From the NCBI GenBank assembly GCA_946965045.2, contig OX337239.1, positions 1,488,001 through 1,552,000 on the forward strand: a DNA stretch of 64,000 bases, written 5' to 3'. The notes under the pieces were generated by a model, which saw nothing but the letters and a program-made list of their open reading frames with translations, was not told the DNA's origin and did no database searches. This DNA is from Epithemia pelagica. Lineage: Eukaryota; Protista; Bacillariophyta. Both the position numbers and the translations under genes were made by a program. Of this stretch, positions 46,501 through 57,979 are shown one piece after another. Numbering within the stretch: position 1 is the stretch's first letter; every line of letters starts with the position of its first letter.

Positions 46501-46879
46501 TGTGTCGAAATGCGTTCGTGAAGAGTACAAAGAGGGCGATGTGATTTGGAACGAAGGAGACGAAAGTGACAGTGCAAAGATTCTTCTTTCAGGTAATGTT
46601 TGTGCGACAATTGAAGGAACCAATGTACGTGAGTATGTCGCCAGGGGGAATATCTTTGGCGAGCTAGGATTGGTAGATGGTACCTGTCGCCTCAGCACAG
46701 TTACCTGCTCGTCGAAGGTGACCGTGGCTTATTCCATGAAACGAGACATGTTTGACCGCATGGTGCAATCAAATCACCTGGAAGCACGGCTACTGGAACG
46801 AATTGCAATTCGGTACCTGGCACATCGGGTTCAACATGTGAGCAATCGCATTGTGGATACACATTGCCTTCCAATCTGA
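43515..46879 (+). CDS. SulP/SLC26-family transporter with STAS and cNMP-binding domains (4 exons, 1023 aa)
   Basis: Exons 43515-44318, 44423-45067, 45153-45767, 45872-46879 splice in frame at GT-AG sites. Motifs FQLLENVPF, HVPINIPAF, SHGYSNMLSGVFGGLQN, FQLQGHLFFG, LDFSLVVGMDSSAA, GNIFGELG. Confidence 0.92.
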
Positions 46880-47077
46880 GACGGTCGTTGAAAGTGTCCA
46901 TTGTACCTAGGAGTATTCTTTCTCGCTACAGAGTTGCAACGAGGAATGATGGGTACGATCGTAAAACTAGGAAACACAGTTATGGAGCCCTTATTGTTCT
47001 GAGAGTCCCAGCCCTTATTGCCCTTGTTGAAATTCCTGTAGCAGCTCATTCCTTTGATTTGAATAAGGTACGAACGG

Positions 47078-48091
47078 TCACTCGATATGAGATAGAAGGG
47101 GTGTCCGTCCGTCCTGATACGAGTCCCTTGCTAAAGTGGACCTGGTAGGAGCTTCCCGAATACACTTGAACAGGTTCTGACATTGCATCCAGCACTGAGC
47201 TTCATTAGCTCGCTTCTTGGCTGGTTCCTGATCACGCAAGGCAATGGTTCTAAGATTACAAGGGCTCGAAACTTGAACGGGAAGACACGGTTCCAATCTA
47301 GGATCTGTGGGCCAGCGGTGAATCTCCCTATCATTCTCTGTGGTGTGTCTCGACACTTGCTCCAAAGAGCTGTGGTTGCGAACCTTTGTGGTGGTTAATG
47401 GGTTTGATAGCTTGTTTTGTGAAAGAAGAATGTGTCGAACCAGATTGGAACTTCCATACTTCCAAGCCACTGTCAAAGGCGTTGATCCATCATGCGCTCG
47501 TGCCGAGAGGGCTGATTCCACTCCACCAGGACCACCCAACACAAAGGCCGTTTCCAATAGGAGTGAGATGAGCGTTCTATTGCTACGTGTTTCGCGGTGG
47601 TGATAAGAGTCAGACGGAGCGAGCGACATGGAGGACTGCCATGCACAGGCAAGGTGCAGGGCCGTAAATCCATTGGTTCGTTTGCGTGCGTGAATACTAG
47701 CTCCCCGTTCCAGTAAACATTGGGCCAATTCCACAGAGCCGTTCTGCACTGCGATCATCAAGGGCGTGACACCATCCTTGATTCTCGCTGCGTTCACCCA
47801 AGCTCCATGATAGAGCAAGAGCTTTGCCACATTGAGCCTGTTATAGCGACAAGCCATGTTCAATGGGGTCACGCCGGTCTGTACATTGGCCAAATTGACA
47901 TTGGCCCCTCGCTCAATAAGGCACGAAATCACTTGCAAAGATGCTCCATGTTGAATCGCAATGAGAAGAGCCGTCAATCCCGTGTCCCCTCCGGCATTAA
48001 TATCGGCTCCCATACGCACTAACGTCTTGATCTTTTCCACATTTTCTTCTGCTGCTGCGATTCGTAGCGTTCGTTCGATTTCTCGTGGCAT
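47078..48091 (-). CDS. Ankyrin repeat protein
   Basis: About 5 canonical repeats: GLTALLIA...GANVN, GVTPLNMA, GVTPLMIA, GFTALHLA, GSTPLTVA. Confidence 0.85.
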   Translation of the reverse strand: MPREIERTLRIAAAEENVEKIKTLVRMGADINAGGDTGLTALLIAIQHGASLQVISCLIERGANVNLANVQTGVTPLNMACRYNRLNVAKLLLYHGAWVNAARIKDGVTPLMIAVQNGSVELAQCLLERGASIHARKRTNGFTALHLACAWQSSMSLAPSDSYHHRETRSNRTLISLLLETAFVLGGPGGVESALSARAHDGSTPLTVAWKYGSSNLVRHILLSQNKLSNPLTTTKVRNHSSLEQVSRHTTENDREIHRWPTDPRLEPCLPVQVSSPCNLRTIALRDQEPAKKRANEAQCWMQCQNLFKCIREAPTRSTLARDSYQDGRTPLLSHIE

Positions 48092-48766
48092 CGGACAAGT
48101 GAAAGTGAGACGGGTGAGCCGTCATGCACAACACTTACTCGATTTCATGGTCGCCTGGGATACAGAGATTACTCAACCGTGGCAGTTGGTAGGTGCAATT
48201 GTTCTTATTGATGGACATTCACTAGTGGTTGAATGTCCATTCTACCAACAAAGAAAACACATGCATCATTGAACCGACACCAGAATTCAAAAAAAGAGAC
48301 ATCCGATCCGGTTGGATGCGGGTCTGATTCCACGACTGATCCTGCTCGCGGCAACAGAACGCCGGACACTGGGAATGCTGGGATTGCGGAATGCTGATGC
48401 TGCGGGCCGACTCGAAATTCTCAGAACATCAACACCACCCTAACGTGTGATCGCGTATCTTTTTCTCTATCTATCATTAATGTTACAGACATGAGAGATA
48501 GGGCTTATCAGATGGACATGGGTTCTGACACTTTGTGACACGCTTTTGGTATGTCAGGAAACGGTTTTCATGTTCGTTCATGCTCTCCTGTTCGATGGTT
48601 GAAGCTATGAGAATGGAGAACAGTAAAGGTGACGCATCATAGGTTGACGTGGTGTAACCCGGCTGAGAAAGATACCTTTTCCCGAGTTGTTGAAGGCTGA
48701 ATGTATCTTTTACTTTGTTGCTTTGCAGCTCTCATCTTGAGCTCATATTCACCAAGAAAAGGAATC

Positions 48767-49372
48767 ATGAAGTCTGCTGTTTTCGCCTCCCTCATCGCCG
48801 CCGCCGCCGCTTTCGCCCCTGCCTCCCAAAAGGCTTCCTCCTCTGCCTTGAAGGCCTTCGAGGACGAATTGGGCGCCCAAGCTCCTCTTGGCTTCTTCGA
48901 TCCCCTTGGCCTTGTTGCCGATGGTGACCAAGAAAAGTTCGACCGCCTCCGTTACGTCGAGATCAAGCACGGCCGCATCTGTATGTTGGGTGTTGTTGGA
49001 TACTTGGTCAACGCCGCCGGTATCTACCTCCCTGGTGACATTGACTACTCTGGCACCAAGTTCTCCGACCTCGGATACGGCTGGGATGCCTCTTCCTCTG
49101 TCCCTGTTGCCGGAGCCCTCCAAGTCTTGGCCTTTGTTGGTTTCTTGGAACTCTTCGTCATGAAGGACTCCGCCAACGGTGCCGAACCCGGTGAATTCGT
49201 TGGTGACTTCCGTAACGGAGCCCTTGACTTTGGCTGGGACTCCTTCGATGAAGAAACCAAGCTCACCAAGCGTGCCGTCGAATTGAACCAAGGCCGTGCC
49301 GCCCAAATGGGTATGTTGGCCCTTATGGTCCACGACAAGCTCGGAAACGTCGAAGACTTCTTCCCCAACTAA
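48767..49372 (+). CDS. Lhcf: Fucoxanthin-chlorophyll a/c binding protein (Lhcf type)
   Basis: AAA|FAP presequence, GAQAPLGFFDPLGL, RLRYVEIKHGRICML, ELNQGRAAQMG. Confidence 0.97.
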   Translation: MKSAVFASLIAAAAAFAPASQKASSSALKAFEDELGAQAPLGFFDPLGLVADGDQEKFDRLRYVEIKHGRICMLGVVGYLVNAAGIYLPGDIDYSGTKFSDLGYGWDASSSVPVAGALQVLAFVGFLELFVMKDSANGAEPGEFVGDFRNGALDFGWDSFDEETKLTKRAVELNQGRAAQMGMLALMVHDKLGNVEDFFPN

Positions 49373-50185
49373 GCTTCTTATTGCTGCTCCTTGATTGCTT
49401 TAAGGACCGCTCTAATATGGTTCTCATTAATTAGATAACCATCTTTTTCTTCGTGAAATACTCTGCTTCTTACCTTTCGTAGTTCTTTCATACTACCAGC
49501 ACAGAACTACCAGTCGCATGAATGGAAAAGCTACTAGCCCTGCTCATGGGTACTACAACAAGCAATGCCCTTTGTTTTCATCGCATACTGGTGGTTTGTC
49601 TTTTGCATGGGACGACAATGAGAAGTATGTAAAAGTCCTATGAACAGAGGGCATCTGCGCATGGGTAACTTCATACGTGGGTGCATGAACAGTTGTCTAC
49701 AGCCATGTGAATTGGAAAAAGGACTTTTCGTCATAAACCTGCGAGAAACGCTGATCTAGAGTGGGAAAGGAAATAGGAATAGCATCCAGAGGAAAACTGT
49801 CAATTGTGGCTCATACTTCTCAAAAGCCGAGGCGGATATCCAGAATTAGCCTTCGTCTGAGAAGTGCGCAACGTCGCGAAAGTCCAACAAAACCTAGGTA
49901 TGAATCTTCATGGGACCACTCCATTCTCGACACTCGAATACAAGATTTACACGAAAGCATTCAGCATCTACTTTAAAGTCTTTTTCCACAGTGCCAAACA
50001 CAACGCTACCTCTTGAGAAACGACAATTGTGCATGTCTTTTGATTGCAGACAATTCCGAATAACAAGTAACATGATAGTACTACTGTGTGCTTCTTAGAC
50101 GGGGATACAAGAGGATACAAGCACTTGTTGACAGGCATGTTCTGGCTCCAGGACTCTTTCTTCAGAATATCACAAATGGTACTTT

Positions 50186-52189
50186 CTAGCAATATTTTTC
50201 ACAGAACTGTTTGTGATGACGTCCAAACATTTCAATGGCCTGATTGAGCTGTTCATCAGGTGGTAGGAAGGTTGTTCGGAAACCGATTCGTCCTTCTTTT
50301 TGTCCAAATCCAGAAGCCGGAACGACACAAATACCAGTTTCGTCCAATAAGGACAAGGCGTACAAGGTATCTGGAGTTTGATCTTGTTCCTTTGCCGCCT
50401 CAATGGCTTTGGCCGGTAACTCCAATCGCGGAAAGGCATACATGGCACCCTCTGCTGGTTGGCATTCAATGCCTTCAATCGCATTCAAACCATCGACCAA
50501 GGCTTTGGCTCGTCGAGCGAGACCTTGATAAATATCCGTCTCTTCTGACACAAATTGATCAAACGATTCACCTCCCTTTGCGGGGCCCTTGACCATGAGA
50601 CTCGTCATGAGCTGCCCAGCAACACCCGAACAGAGTCCGCTCGACGCAAGCTTGTAGAGTTGGGATTGGACAAAGGGGTCAATGTTGTGTAATTCCATAT
50701 ATCCACCGCGTCGTCCGCATTCTCCAATCAGTCCTTTACTGGTCGAGTGGAAACTCACCAACTCCAAGTGCTCGCATTCCGGCGTTTCCATTGCCACTTT
50801 CTTGGCACTGATAAACTCCTTGTCCGGTGCATATACGTTGCGTTGGTACACTTCGTCCGCCAGCAAGACAATGTCATTTTCCACACAAAACCTTGCAATT
50901 GTTTCGACATCCTCCCTTCGCAACACTTGTCCTGTGGGATTTCCAGGGTTGATCAAGACTAAACCCTTGACCACCAGTCCGGTTCGCCGCGCTTCATTCA
51001 GGCGTTTGTCCAGTTCTTCCCGAGTGACACCCCATCCAATGTCTTCCTCCAACTCATATCCCACTTTGCGTCCACCAAGTTTGGTAATGAGCGCACTATA
51101 AATGGGATATTGAGGAATAGGGCACATGATCGCATCGTGATCTTGTGCAATGAGACAGCTCATGATCAATTCAATACCAGCCGAAGCTCCATTGGTCAAG
51201 TACACATCTCCTGGAAAGGCGGCATGTCCATCGCGTTCCGAAATAAAGTCTGCCACATGCTGCCGCACTCCCGCAAACCCTTGACTGTTGGTATAGGCTC
51301 CCGTACCCGACGTGCCCACAATGCCTCGAAGTTCTCGTGCGCGTTCCACGACATCGGCCGGGAAGAGTTGCGACACCATGGGATGGTCCACTCCGCATTC
51401 CGCCGGCAAATCACAGAGCGCCAAGACTTGTCGATAAAAAGTAATGGGGGCTTGTCCCACGGAATGTGGATTACCAATGTTGGTGTAGATAATGGGTTTG
51501 CCTTGAGAAGCCAATTCATCGGCACGCATGACAACGTCCCCTCGAACTGCATATTGCATTCGACGAACTCCCTGCGACATGGTGCTCTTGTTCCATGCGT
51601 ACATGTGTTGAGAAGCGTCTTGTTCTTTCAGAGACAAGGACGATCTTCGAGGAGCGCGGGCTCCAATGTAGCTTGAGTTTTCATAGGCCGGCTGAACCGA
51701 CACGTAACCCTGTTCCTTGGTCGATTCGACGAGCCAATCCTTGAATTCATCCATGTCCAAGGGGTGGTCATGGGAGCGTGCATCCAGAATTTGAAACGCT
51801 TTTGGATTGAGCGTATCTTGAGCTTCGTCTTGAATGGCATGCCACAAGAAAAAGTGAATGTCAGACGGATACAATTTGCCACTACCATCCAAATCAATCG
51901 ATGAGAACAAAGCAGTCGATCCGCGACCTGTAGCCAAGTACGACTTCCATAATGTTTTTTGAACTTCGGTCAAGGAGGCCACCTTTTTGGGTGGTTGACT
52001 GGAGAAGTAGCGGTTGCTAGCTGGACTAACAGTGCTTGCCTTGTCTTGTACATCCGGTGAAGGAGACTTGTGACTTGTGGTGACACTGGTCGTGGACGAG
52101 GAGTACTCGGAGAGAGAACCAAGACATCGGCTGGTATTTCGGACAGTGAGACTCTGCACAGCTGTGGCGACAGAACGGGAGACGGGCAT
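50186..52189 (-). CDS. Alanine (glutamate:glyoxylate) aminotransferase with N-terminal EF-hand module, predicted mitochondrial
   Basis: ATG at 52189 starts an Arg/Ser/Thr-rich presequence. Motifs MQYAVRG, TNIGNPHSVGQ, GAYTNSQG, PIPQYPIYSA, LINPGNPTGQ, LADEVYQRN, SFHSTSKGLIGECGRRGGY (PLP Lys). EF loop DLDGSGKLYPSD. Confidence 0.93.
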   Translation of the reverse strand: MPVSRSVATAVQSLTVRNTSRCLGSLSEYSSSTTSVTTSHKSPSPDVQDKASTVSPASNRYFSSQPPKKVASLTEVQKTLWKSYLATGRGSTALFSSIDLDGSGKLYPSDIHFFLWHAIQDEAQDTLNPKAFQILDARSHDHPLDMDEFKDWLVESTKEQGYVSVQPAYENSSYIGARAPRRSSLSLKEQDASQHMYAWNKSTMSQGVRRMQYAVRGDVVMRADELASQGKPIIYTNIGNPHSVGQAPITFYRQVLALCDLPAECGVDHPMVSQLFPADVVERARELRGIVGTSGTGAYTNSQGFAGVRQHVADFISERDGHAAFPGDVYLTNGASAGIELIMSCLIAQDHDAIMCPIPQYPIYSALITKLGGRKVGYELEEDIGWGVTREELDKRLNEARRTGLVVKGLVLINPGNPTGQVLRREDVETIARFCVENDIVLLADEVYQRNVYAPDKEFISAKKVAMETPECEHLELVSFHSTSKGLIGECGRRGGYMELHNIDPFVQSQLYKLASSGLCSGVAGQLMTSLMVKGPAKGGESFDQFVSEETDIYQGLARRAKALVDGLNAIEGIECQPAEGAMYAFPRLELPAKAIEAAKEQDQTPDTLYALSLLDETGICVVPASGFGQKEGRIGFRTTFLPPDEQLNQAIEMFGRHHKQFCEKYC

Positions 52190-52843
52190 TTTCAATGTGT
52201 ATGATCTGTGGTAAATGTTCGATTTTTGTCTGCTGGCTTTGTTGTTTTTACAAGGTGCTTGATTTGCTTTTGAAATATCTCAATGTTCAATGGCGATGAA
52301 AGTGCTCCTTGCAGCTTCTCGTTTTGTTTGTCTTGTGGAATCGATGAAAAGGGATATCGTTCGCAATTTTGAAACCAGCTGTTGAATCGTTCGGGTTATG
52401 GTCGGTCTTGGGATGCAGCCCTTGCTTCTCGTTCTCTCGGTTTGCTCTCTTTTGGAGTCAATCACTCGACACTCGATGCTTCTTCTTTTGATCTTGAAGA
52501 TGAAATGCGAAAATCCGAAGGAGGCCGATCCCAAAATGCGAAGGTATCTTTTTTTCTCCACCCGCGAAAGGGAGCGTGCCGGAACCGGACGCCTATGGGT
52601 CGCTGTACGGTATGAATAGTCTCCCTAGTTTTTTCCATCGTCTCTAGTACTCCTAACTCCTACTACTCCTAGCAAGAGTGATCTATGGAAGCAATTGCTC
52701 TAGTGACATAAATTCATGTTCTCCATGGTTCTAGAGGAGAGGAGTATGCTGCCAGTACAACCTGCTCTTCCACTTGCGCGCAACTTTGTTTCCAGCTGGA
52801 AGCAGGCAACCAGTGGCGGAGCAAAAAGAGTCCATGGCATAGA

Positions 52844-54349
52844 TTACAAATGTTGCCACAACCAAGAGTTGGCAGGACATGCCTCGGAGGCCGTACAGTC
52901 CAATCGTTCGTCGGGTCCGAGCACAATTCCAAAATAGTGCGATAAGGCCTGGTCCAGGAATTCGTCCTCTTGTTCCGGGTCGACACGGGGAAGGGGAATG
53001 GTCATGGTCCCATTCGCGGGATCCACCAACGATTCCGTGGAGCCTGGCCCATGCCATGGCACCCGTAGTTTTGGTGGGGCTTTTGTAGTGGGTACTCCTG
53101 TTGTTGTTGGTGGTGGTGGTTGTTGGCGTGGGGTAATTTTGAGAATGCGTCGTCCCGACAAGGATACTTTGTAATATCGTGTCAAGGAACAGGCAATGAA
53201 TTGACGGGCAAAGGAGCTCTTGGGATGCAACAAGAGGGGAATGACGTAGTCAAAGGATTGCAAGGGGGGACCAAAGGGGTCTGTTGCTGCCACAGAGCTA
53301 AAAGAGCCCGACGACAATGGTAAGGGAGCATCGGAAACATCCCATTGCAATCGAGGTTCCCAGACAAATTCGGAACCGAACGTTGGGACTGTCGTGTCCA
53401 TATCCTTCTTCACCGTGTGCTGCTGCTGCTGGCTGGTCGAGTGTGCCGGTACCTTCCATTCGAGAATCAAACAAGTTCTCTGCAGTCCTTTGCCATCCAC
53501 AAAGGGACCTTGCGGATCCCATCGGATGCGACTTTGCATCCCTTCCACGGTCGTTTGCACTTGATTCAAGGAGTGAGGACCAAAATATTCCAAGGGTCCC
53601 ATGGGAGGTTCGCCCAAGCCCACATCGACCAAGTACCACGACTGTTCAGGAGCTGTAGTATTTGGGTCGCTCGTCTCCTGGTCGTTGCTGCTGCGTTCCG
53701 TGGTCGCATGCGAGTCGTTGGTCCCCACTACTCCTACAACTTGAACGAGAAGAATAAAATGACTGGCCGTGGTTCGAAATTTGGCCCGTCGGCGGTTGGC
53801 ATGACCCCGTTCTCGTCCGGCATGGACAAAACAGGGTACTTTTCGAACGACGGCATAGCCCAAGGCTTGCAGTAACAGTGCCAACAAGCCATTGAGTTCC
53901 AAACAACATCCTCCACGCCGTTGATGCAACAATTTGTCCATTAAGAAGGGTGGATCCAAGACAATGATGGTAGTATTCTTGGAAGAAGAAGAAGAAGAAG
54001 ACTTGGTTGGTTCCACTCGTGTCGAATCCTTCTTGTCATGTACAGTGCAAACATGTTGGGACAAATTGGTAAAGGGAATGTATTGCAAATGTCGTTCCAC
54101 CAGCAAGGACAAGGTATCTCGCGTCGGTGGAAGGGGTAGATTCGGATCGAGATGAAGGCGCGTTCGGTAGGCCTCAATCAAGGACAAGGGGCAAATCGTT
54201 GTCAAGTCGTCATGCTCCTTTGCCTTTGGCAATGCCGCTGCTACTGGTGGTGGTGACACATCCGAATGGTTCGCCGCTGCATGATTCTTTGGGTCGTCAT
54301 GGTCGATCATTCCCTCGCGCCATGGACAGGATCGGTTCTCATTTCTCAT
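52844..54349 (-). CDS. NAT: Arylamine N-acetyltransferase family protein
   Basis: HLQYIPFTNL, RRGGCCLELNGLL (catalytic Cys), SHFILLV (His), YLVDVGLG (Asp). Intronless, with low-complexity insertions. Confidence 0.88.
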   Translation of the reverse strand: MRNENRSCPWREGMIDHDDPKNHAAANHSDVSPPPVAAALPKAKEHDDLTTICPLSLIEAYRTRLHLDPNLPLPPTRDTLSLLVERHLQYIPFTNLSQHVCTVHDKKDSTRVEPTKSSSSSSSKNTTIIVLDPPFLMDKLLHQRRGGCCLELNGLLALLLQALGYAVVRKVPCFVHAGRERGHANRRRAKFRTTASHFILLVQVVGVVGTNDSHATTERSSNDQETSDPNTTAPEQSWYLVDVGLGEPPMGPLEYFGPHSLNQVQTTVEGMQSRIRWDPQGPFVDGKGLQRTCLILEWKVPAHSTSQQQQHTVKKDMDTTVPTFGSEFVWEPRLQWDVSDAPLPLSSGSFSSVAATDPFGPPLQSFDYVIPLLLHPKSSFARQFIACSLTRYYKVSLSGRRILKITPRQQPPPPTTTGVPTTKAPPKLRVPWHGPGSTESLVDPANGTMTIPLPRVDPEQEDEFLDQALSHYFGIVLGPDERLDCTASEACPANSWLWQHL

Positions 54350-54637
54350 GTTTCTCGCAACGAGGTGACGTCAGTGCACGATGGGCACTGTTTGTGCGAC
54401 TGCGTATTTATGTCAATCCTCCGAGTACGCGATCCAATTTTCGTTTGCGGATCCGTTAATCATTCTACATTAGAATGTCTGGAGAGTATGACCACATTTC
54501 CAACTGGAACCTTTGCGACCAATCACCAAAGAACATGCCGAGGCGATCATCCCACGAAAACGACAAGTTGAACTTTTTTCTGTCACCTCGTTGCAAAAGA
54601 AAAGAACAGACTACTTCTCGATCATTCCGTTTAGACC

Positions 54638-55951
54638 ATGAAGAACCAACCAACGATTGTCTCCGTTTCTTGGATATCGCTTGTGGTTGTAGCAGGCTGC
54701 CTGTTTTGGCCAGAGCCGCACAACGGTGGGACGACGTTGTTCGTGGTGGCATTTTCCTCCTCGGTATCCTTGTCGTCGTCGTATTCGTCGTCGTCCGTTC
54801 GCTCCGGTCTTGAGCCCTTGTCGGTCGCGTCGTCCGTCGTTCCTCCCACGACGACACCCCATTCACGACGACACAGCCGTCGTCATCGCCGAGTCATTGC
54901 ACACCCTCGAACAAATCACGAGAATGCCGCCGCCCACACAGACCTCTTGCCACCGAACCAACAGAAGACGAACCATAAGCGTTCTCGCCGAGACCAAGGA
55001 GGAGAAGAAGAAGAAGAAGATCCCTTGTTGTCCCTCAATTTAAATTTACACGCCTTGGTACAGTGTCAGGCGCCCGATCGAGCGCAAGAATTGTATCAAC
55101 GCATCTCGGCCTTGTATGTCGATGGATACTACGCCACGGCTCCCGATGTGGTGAGTTTCAATACCGTCCTCAAGGGATTGCAAGACAATCCTTCGGCCGC
55201 CTTGGATTTTTGGCATGCCCAACTCCACGAAATTGATGACAACAACAATCACGATCACGACGACGACGACACCGACCCGGATCCTCGACCAACAACTCGC
55301 CATCGGGCGGCCGTTCCGTCTTGCTGGATGCGCACACCTCCCGTCTTGGAACCCAATACCCGGAGTTTCAACACGATTCTCGTTTCCTTGGCCAAGGCGG
55401 GATTGTATCAACCCGCCCTGCAAGTCTTGCGACAACTGCAAGAATTTGATTCACGGGTCCAACCCGATGTCATTACCTGGAATACCGTCTTGTTGGCCCA
55501 TGCCACGGCCACGCAACCACCACTCCACCCAAAACAAAAAACAAAACGAAAAAGAAGAAACCCAACGAACCAAACCCCCACAAACCAAAATGCGGTGCCC
55601 TCCCCACCGCAATTGGCCGAAGAATTGTTGTTGGAAATGATGCAACAACAACAAGAAGAACCCGAACCACGGGACAACAACGACGACAATGTCCAGGACG
55701 ACACGACGGACCTTTGGTGGTTGTGGATGCACGGACGACGACCACGAGTCATTCGTCCCAATGTCATTTCGTTCAATACGGTCGTGGCCGCCTGGTTCCG
55801 ACAGGGCAATGCCGAGCGGGCCCAGTATTGGTTGCAACAAATGAAGGAATTGCCATATGTCCAACCCGATGTGTATACCTATACAACCGTCATGCAAGCC
55901 TGGGCCCGACAGGGACGGACCGATCAAGTACTGGCTTTGTGGGACGAATTG

Positions 55952-55984
<33 letters not shown>

Positions 55985-57259
55985 GAAGCAACGCAGCCAG
56001 ATGCTCTGAACAACGACAATGACCATGATGGTCGGAACAATGGGAGGCAATTGTCGACGCCTCTACTACAACCCAACCAATATACCTACACGGCCGTCAT
56101 TCGGGCCTTGTGCGAAAATCAACAACCCGAAAAGGCCCAAGCATTGTTGCAAGAAATGATTGCCCAATCCACCACCTCAACACCACCCCCCTTCCAGGAG
56201 GAGGATACTACTACTACTACTGCTGATGAGTCCATTTGCATTCGTCCCAATGTCGTGACATTTTCCATGGTTCTGCGGGGATGGTCCAAAGTGGCGGCAC
56301 AACATCCCAACAAAGCCGTCAAGGCTGTCTTGCATACATGGAACGAAATGAAACGATTGGGTCAGTCCTATCCGGAAATGCAACCCAACAAATATACCTA
56401 CACGGCTGTCCTGTCGACATTGGCACAAGCGCGACAACACGATGGCCTCCAACAAGCACGTCAGGTCATGGAGGACCTCCTTTCACCAACAACAGACGTG
56501 GCCACCACGACACGAATGGACACATTCCGCAGAGGACAAGGAACAACAAGGATACGTGTCCAGCCAACATTGATTCATTTCAATGCATGGCTGGATGTGG
56601 CAGCCAAGGCACCTGTAGGGAACAAGGCGACGGAAGCTTGGCATATTTATCAAGAGTTGCTCCAGCACGGCTTGGTCGGAGATACGATTACCTACGAAAC
56701 GCTGTTATCGGCTGCCGCCAATGCCTTTGGGTACCATCGACACATTCATGAAACATCGCTGCATGTCGGTCGCATGGCCTTTTCCCGGTTGGTCCGAGGG
56801 GATTGTGACAAGCATGCCTTGTGGAGCGCTCATGCCGCCCGTCCGTCGTCTCAAAATCCTGCCGTCGCGGGACACATCATTCAACCTTCTTCCTTGACCT
56901 TTCTCAATATGATGAAAGTGTTGAGGAAATTCCTTCCGAGCGGGGAACAACCCTCTCCAGAAGTACCATTGCAGGAACTAGAACAGGAGCAATCCAAAGT
57001 GGTGGAAGAAGAATGGCGCATGGTGATATCCACCTGCCTGGAACGGGGGTGTCTCAACAAAATTGTGCTCCAATACATGTTGGATCATGCCCCACCAACG
57101 TCTCTGCCATTGGAACTCGTTCACTTCCTACGACCCAATCCTACGGCTTTGAACACTGTTGGGGAGCTCAAAGCACTACGTGTTTCCGCAGAAACAATGG
57201 CGAACATGCCAAAGAAATGGTCGTACCATTCAACGCCGGAACGTCGAGAATCGAGATGA
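54638..57259 (+). CDS. Pentatricopeptide repeat protein, predicted plastid-targeted
   Basis: About 11 PPR starts (PDVVSFNTVL, PNTRSFNTIL, PDVITWNTVL, PNVISFNTVV, PDVYTYTTVM, PNQYTYTAVI, PNVVTFSMVL, PNKYTYTAVL and others). N-terminus with VVA|F and a Ser-rich transit peptide. Confidence 0.92.
55955..55984 (+). repeat. (CAA)10 microsatellite encoding poly-Gln inside the PPR gene
   Basis: Ten consecutive CAA codons. Confidence 0.9.
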
Positions 57260-57706
57260 GCTGAGCTTGAAAGTTTATGGAACGTGGCAACCCTGACCAA
57301 GAAGAAACCTTGTTGGGACCCGTTTCGTGCACCGACTCCCCTAGGATGGTGGAGCATTTGCTCTAAGAGTAGTAGGCTCCCATGCAGACGTACCGAAAAC
57401 CGTGATGATAACGTTGTAGTTCAATATGAAAATATGTAAATGGACGAGTGGATAGCATCTGTATTGTGGATAGGATGAATACTCTACGTAGAGCCAAGTC
57501 CATGCCCTGGTGAAGTTAGTAGGTAGTACAAGCTACCTTTTCATTTACAAAGTACGCTTAATCACAATGGCAGGTAGAATTGATTTCCATTCAGCTAGGG
57601 CTGATAATCCAGACGTTGGTTACGGCATCAAGCACGTATCCATTTATGTATATGATGAGAGACAAGCGTACTCTAACTACGCCTTTATCTTTTCCTTGCG
57701 CCGTGC

Positions 57707-57815
57707 GACGGTTCAATCTCCAGATTACTGGGTACATCATCATTCGCTTAACAAAAATCGACTATGTGTTATTGGCTGCCGTTCTCCGTGCTTTTCATCG
57801 ATGTCTTGTTCACTT
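57707..57815 (-). pseudogene. Diverged relic copy of the 3' end of the adjacent TPR-like gene
   Basis: Aligns by eye to 58008-58112 (ggctgccgttctccgtgcttttcatcgatgtcttgttcactt vs ggccgccgttctccgtcgttttcatccatgtcttgttcactt), with indels upstream. Confidence 0.75.
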
Positions 57816-57979
57816 TATATTGCTACAAAGGTCACTCCATTATTTATCCGACGGGAGATCAGTGTATATTAACTTGGCCCATATCGTTTCAAGATTAGAA
57901 AGAAGGATCTGATCTCAGATCAAGGGCAGACCACTGAGTCAAGAAAAGCAACAGACCCATCTTCACGCAAAGGAAGACT

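Noticed and set aside
48620-48660. TGACGC/TGACGT upstream of Lhcf
   Set aside because: Plausible light element, but one exact hexamer is within chance expectation.
48749-49333. 194-aa ORF antisense to Lhcf
   Set aside because: Same codon-bias shadow effect.
14833-52189. SHMT and AlaAT/GGAT as a photorespiration gene cluster
   Set aside because: About 34 kb apart with many unrelated genes between them, and predicted for different compartments.
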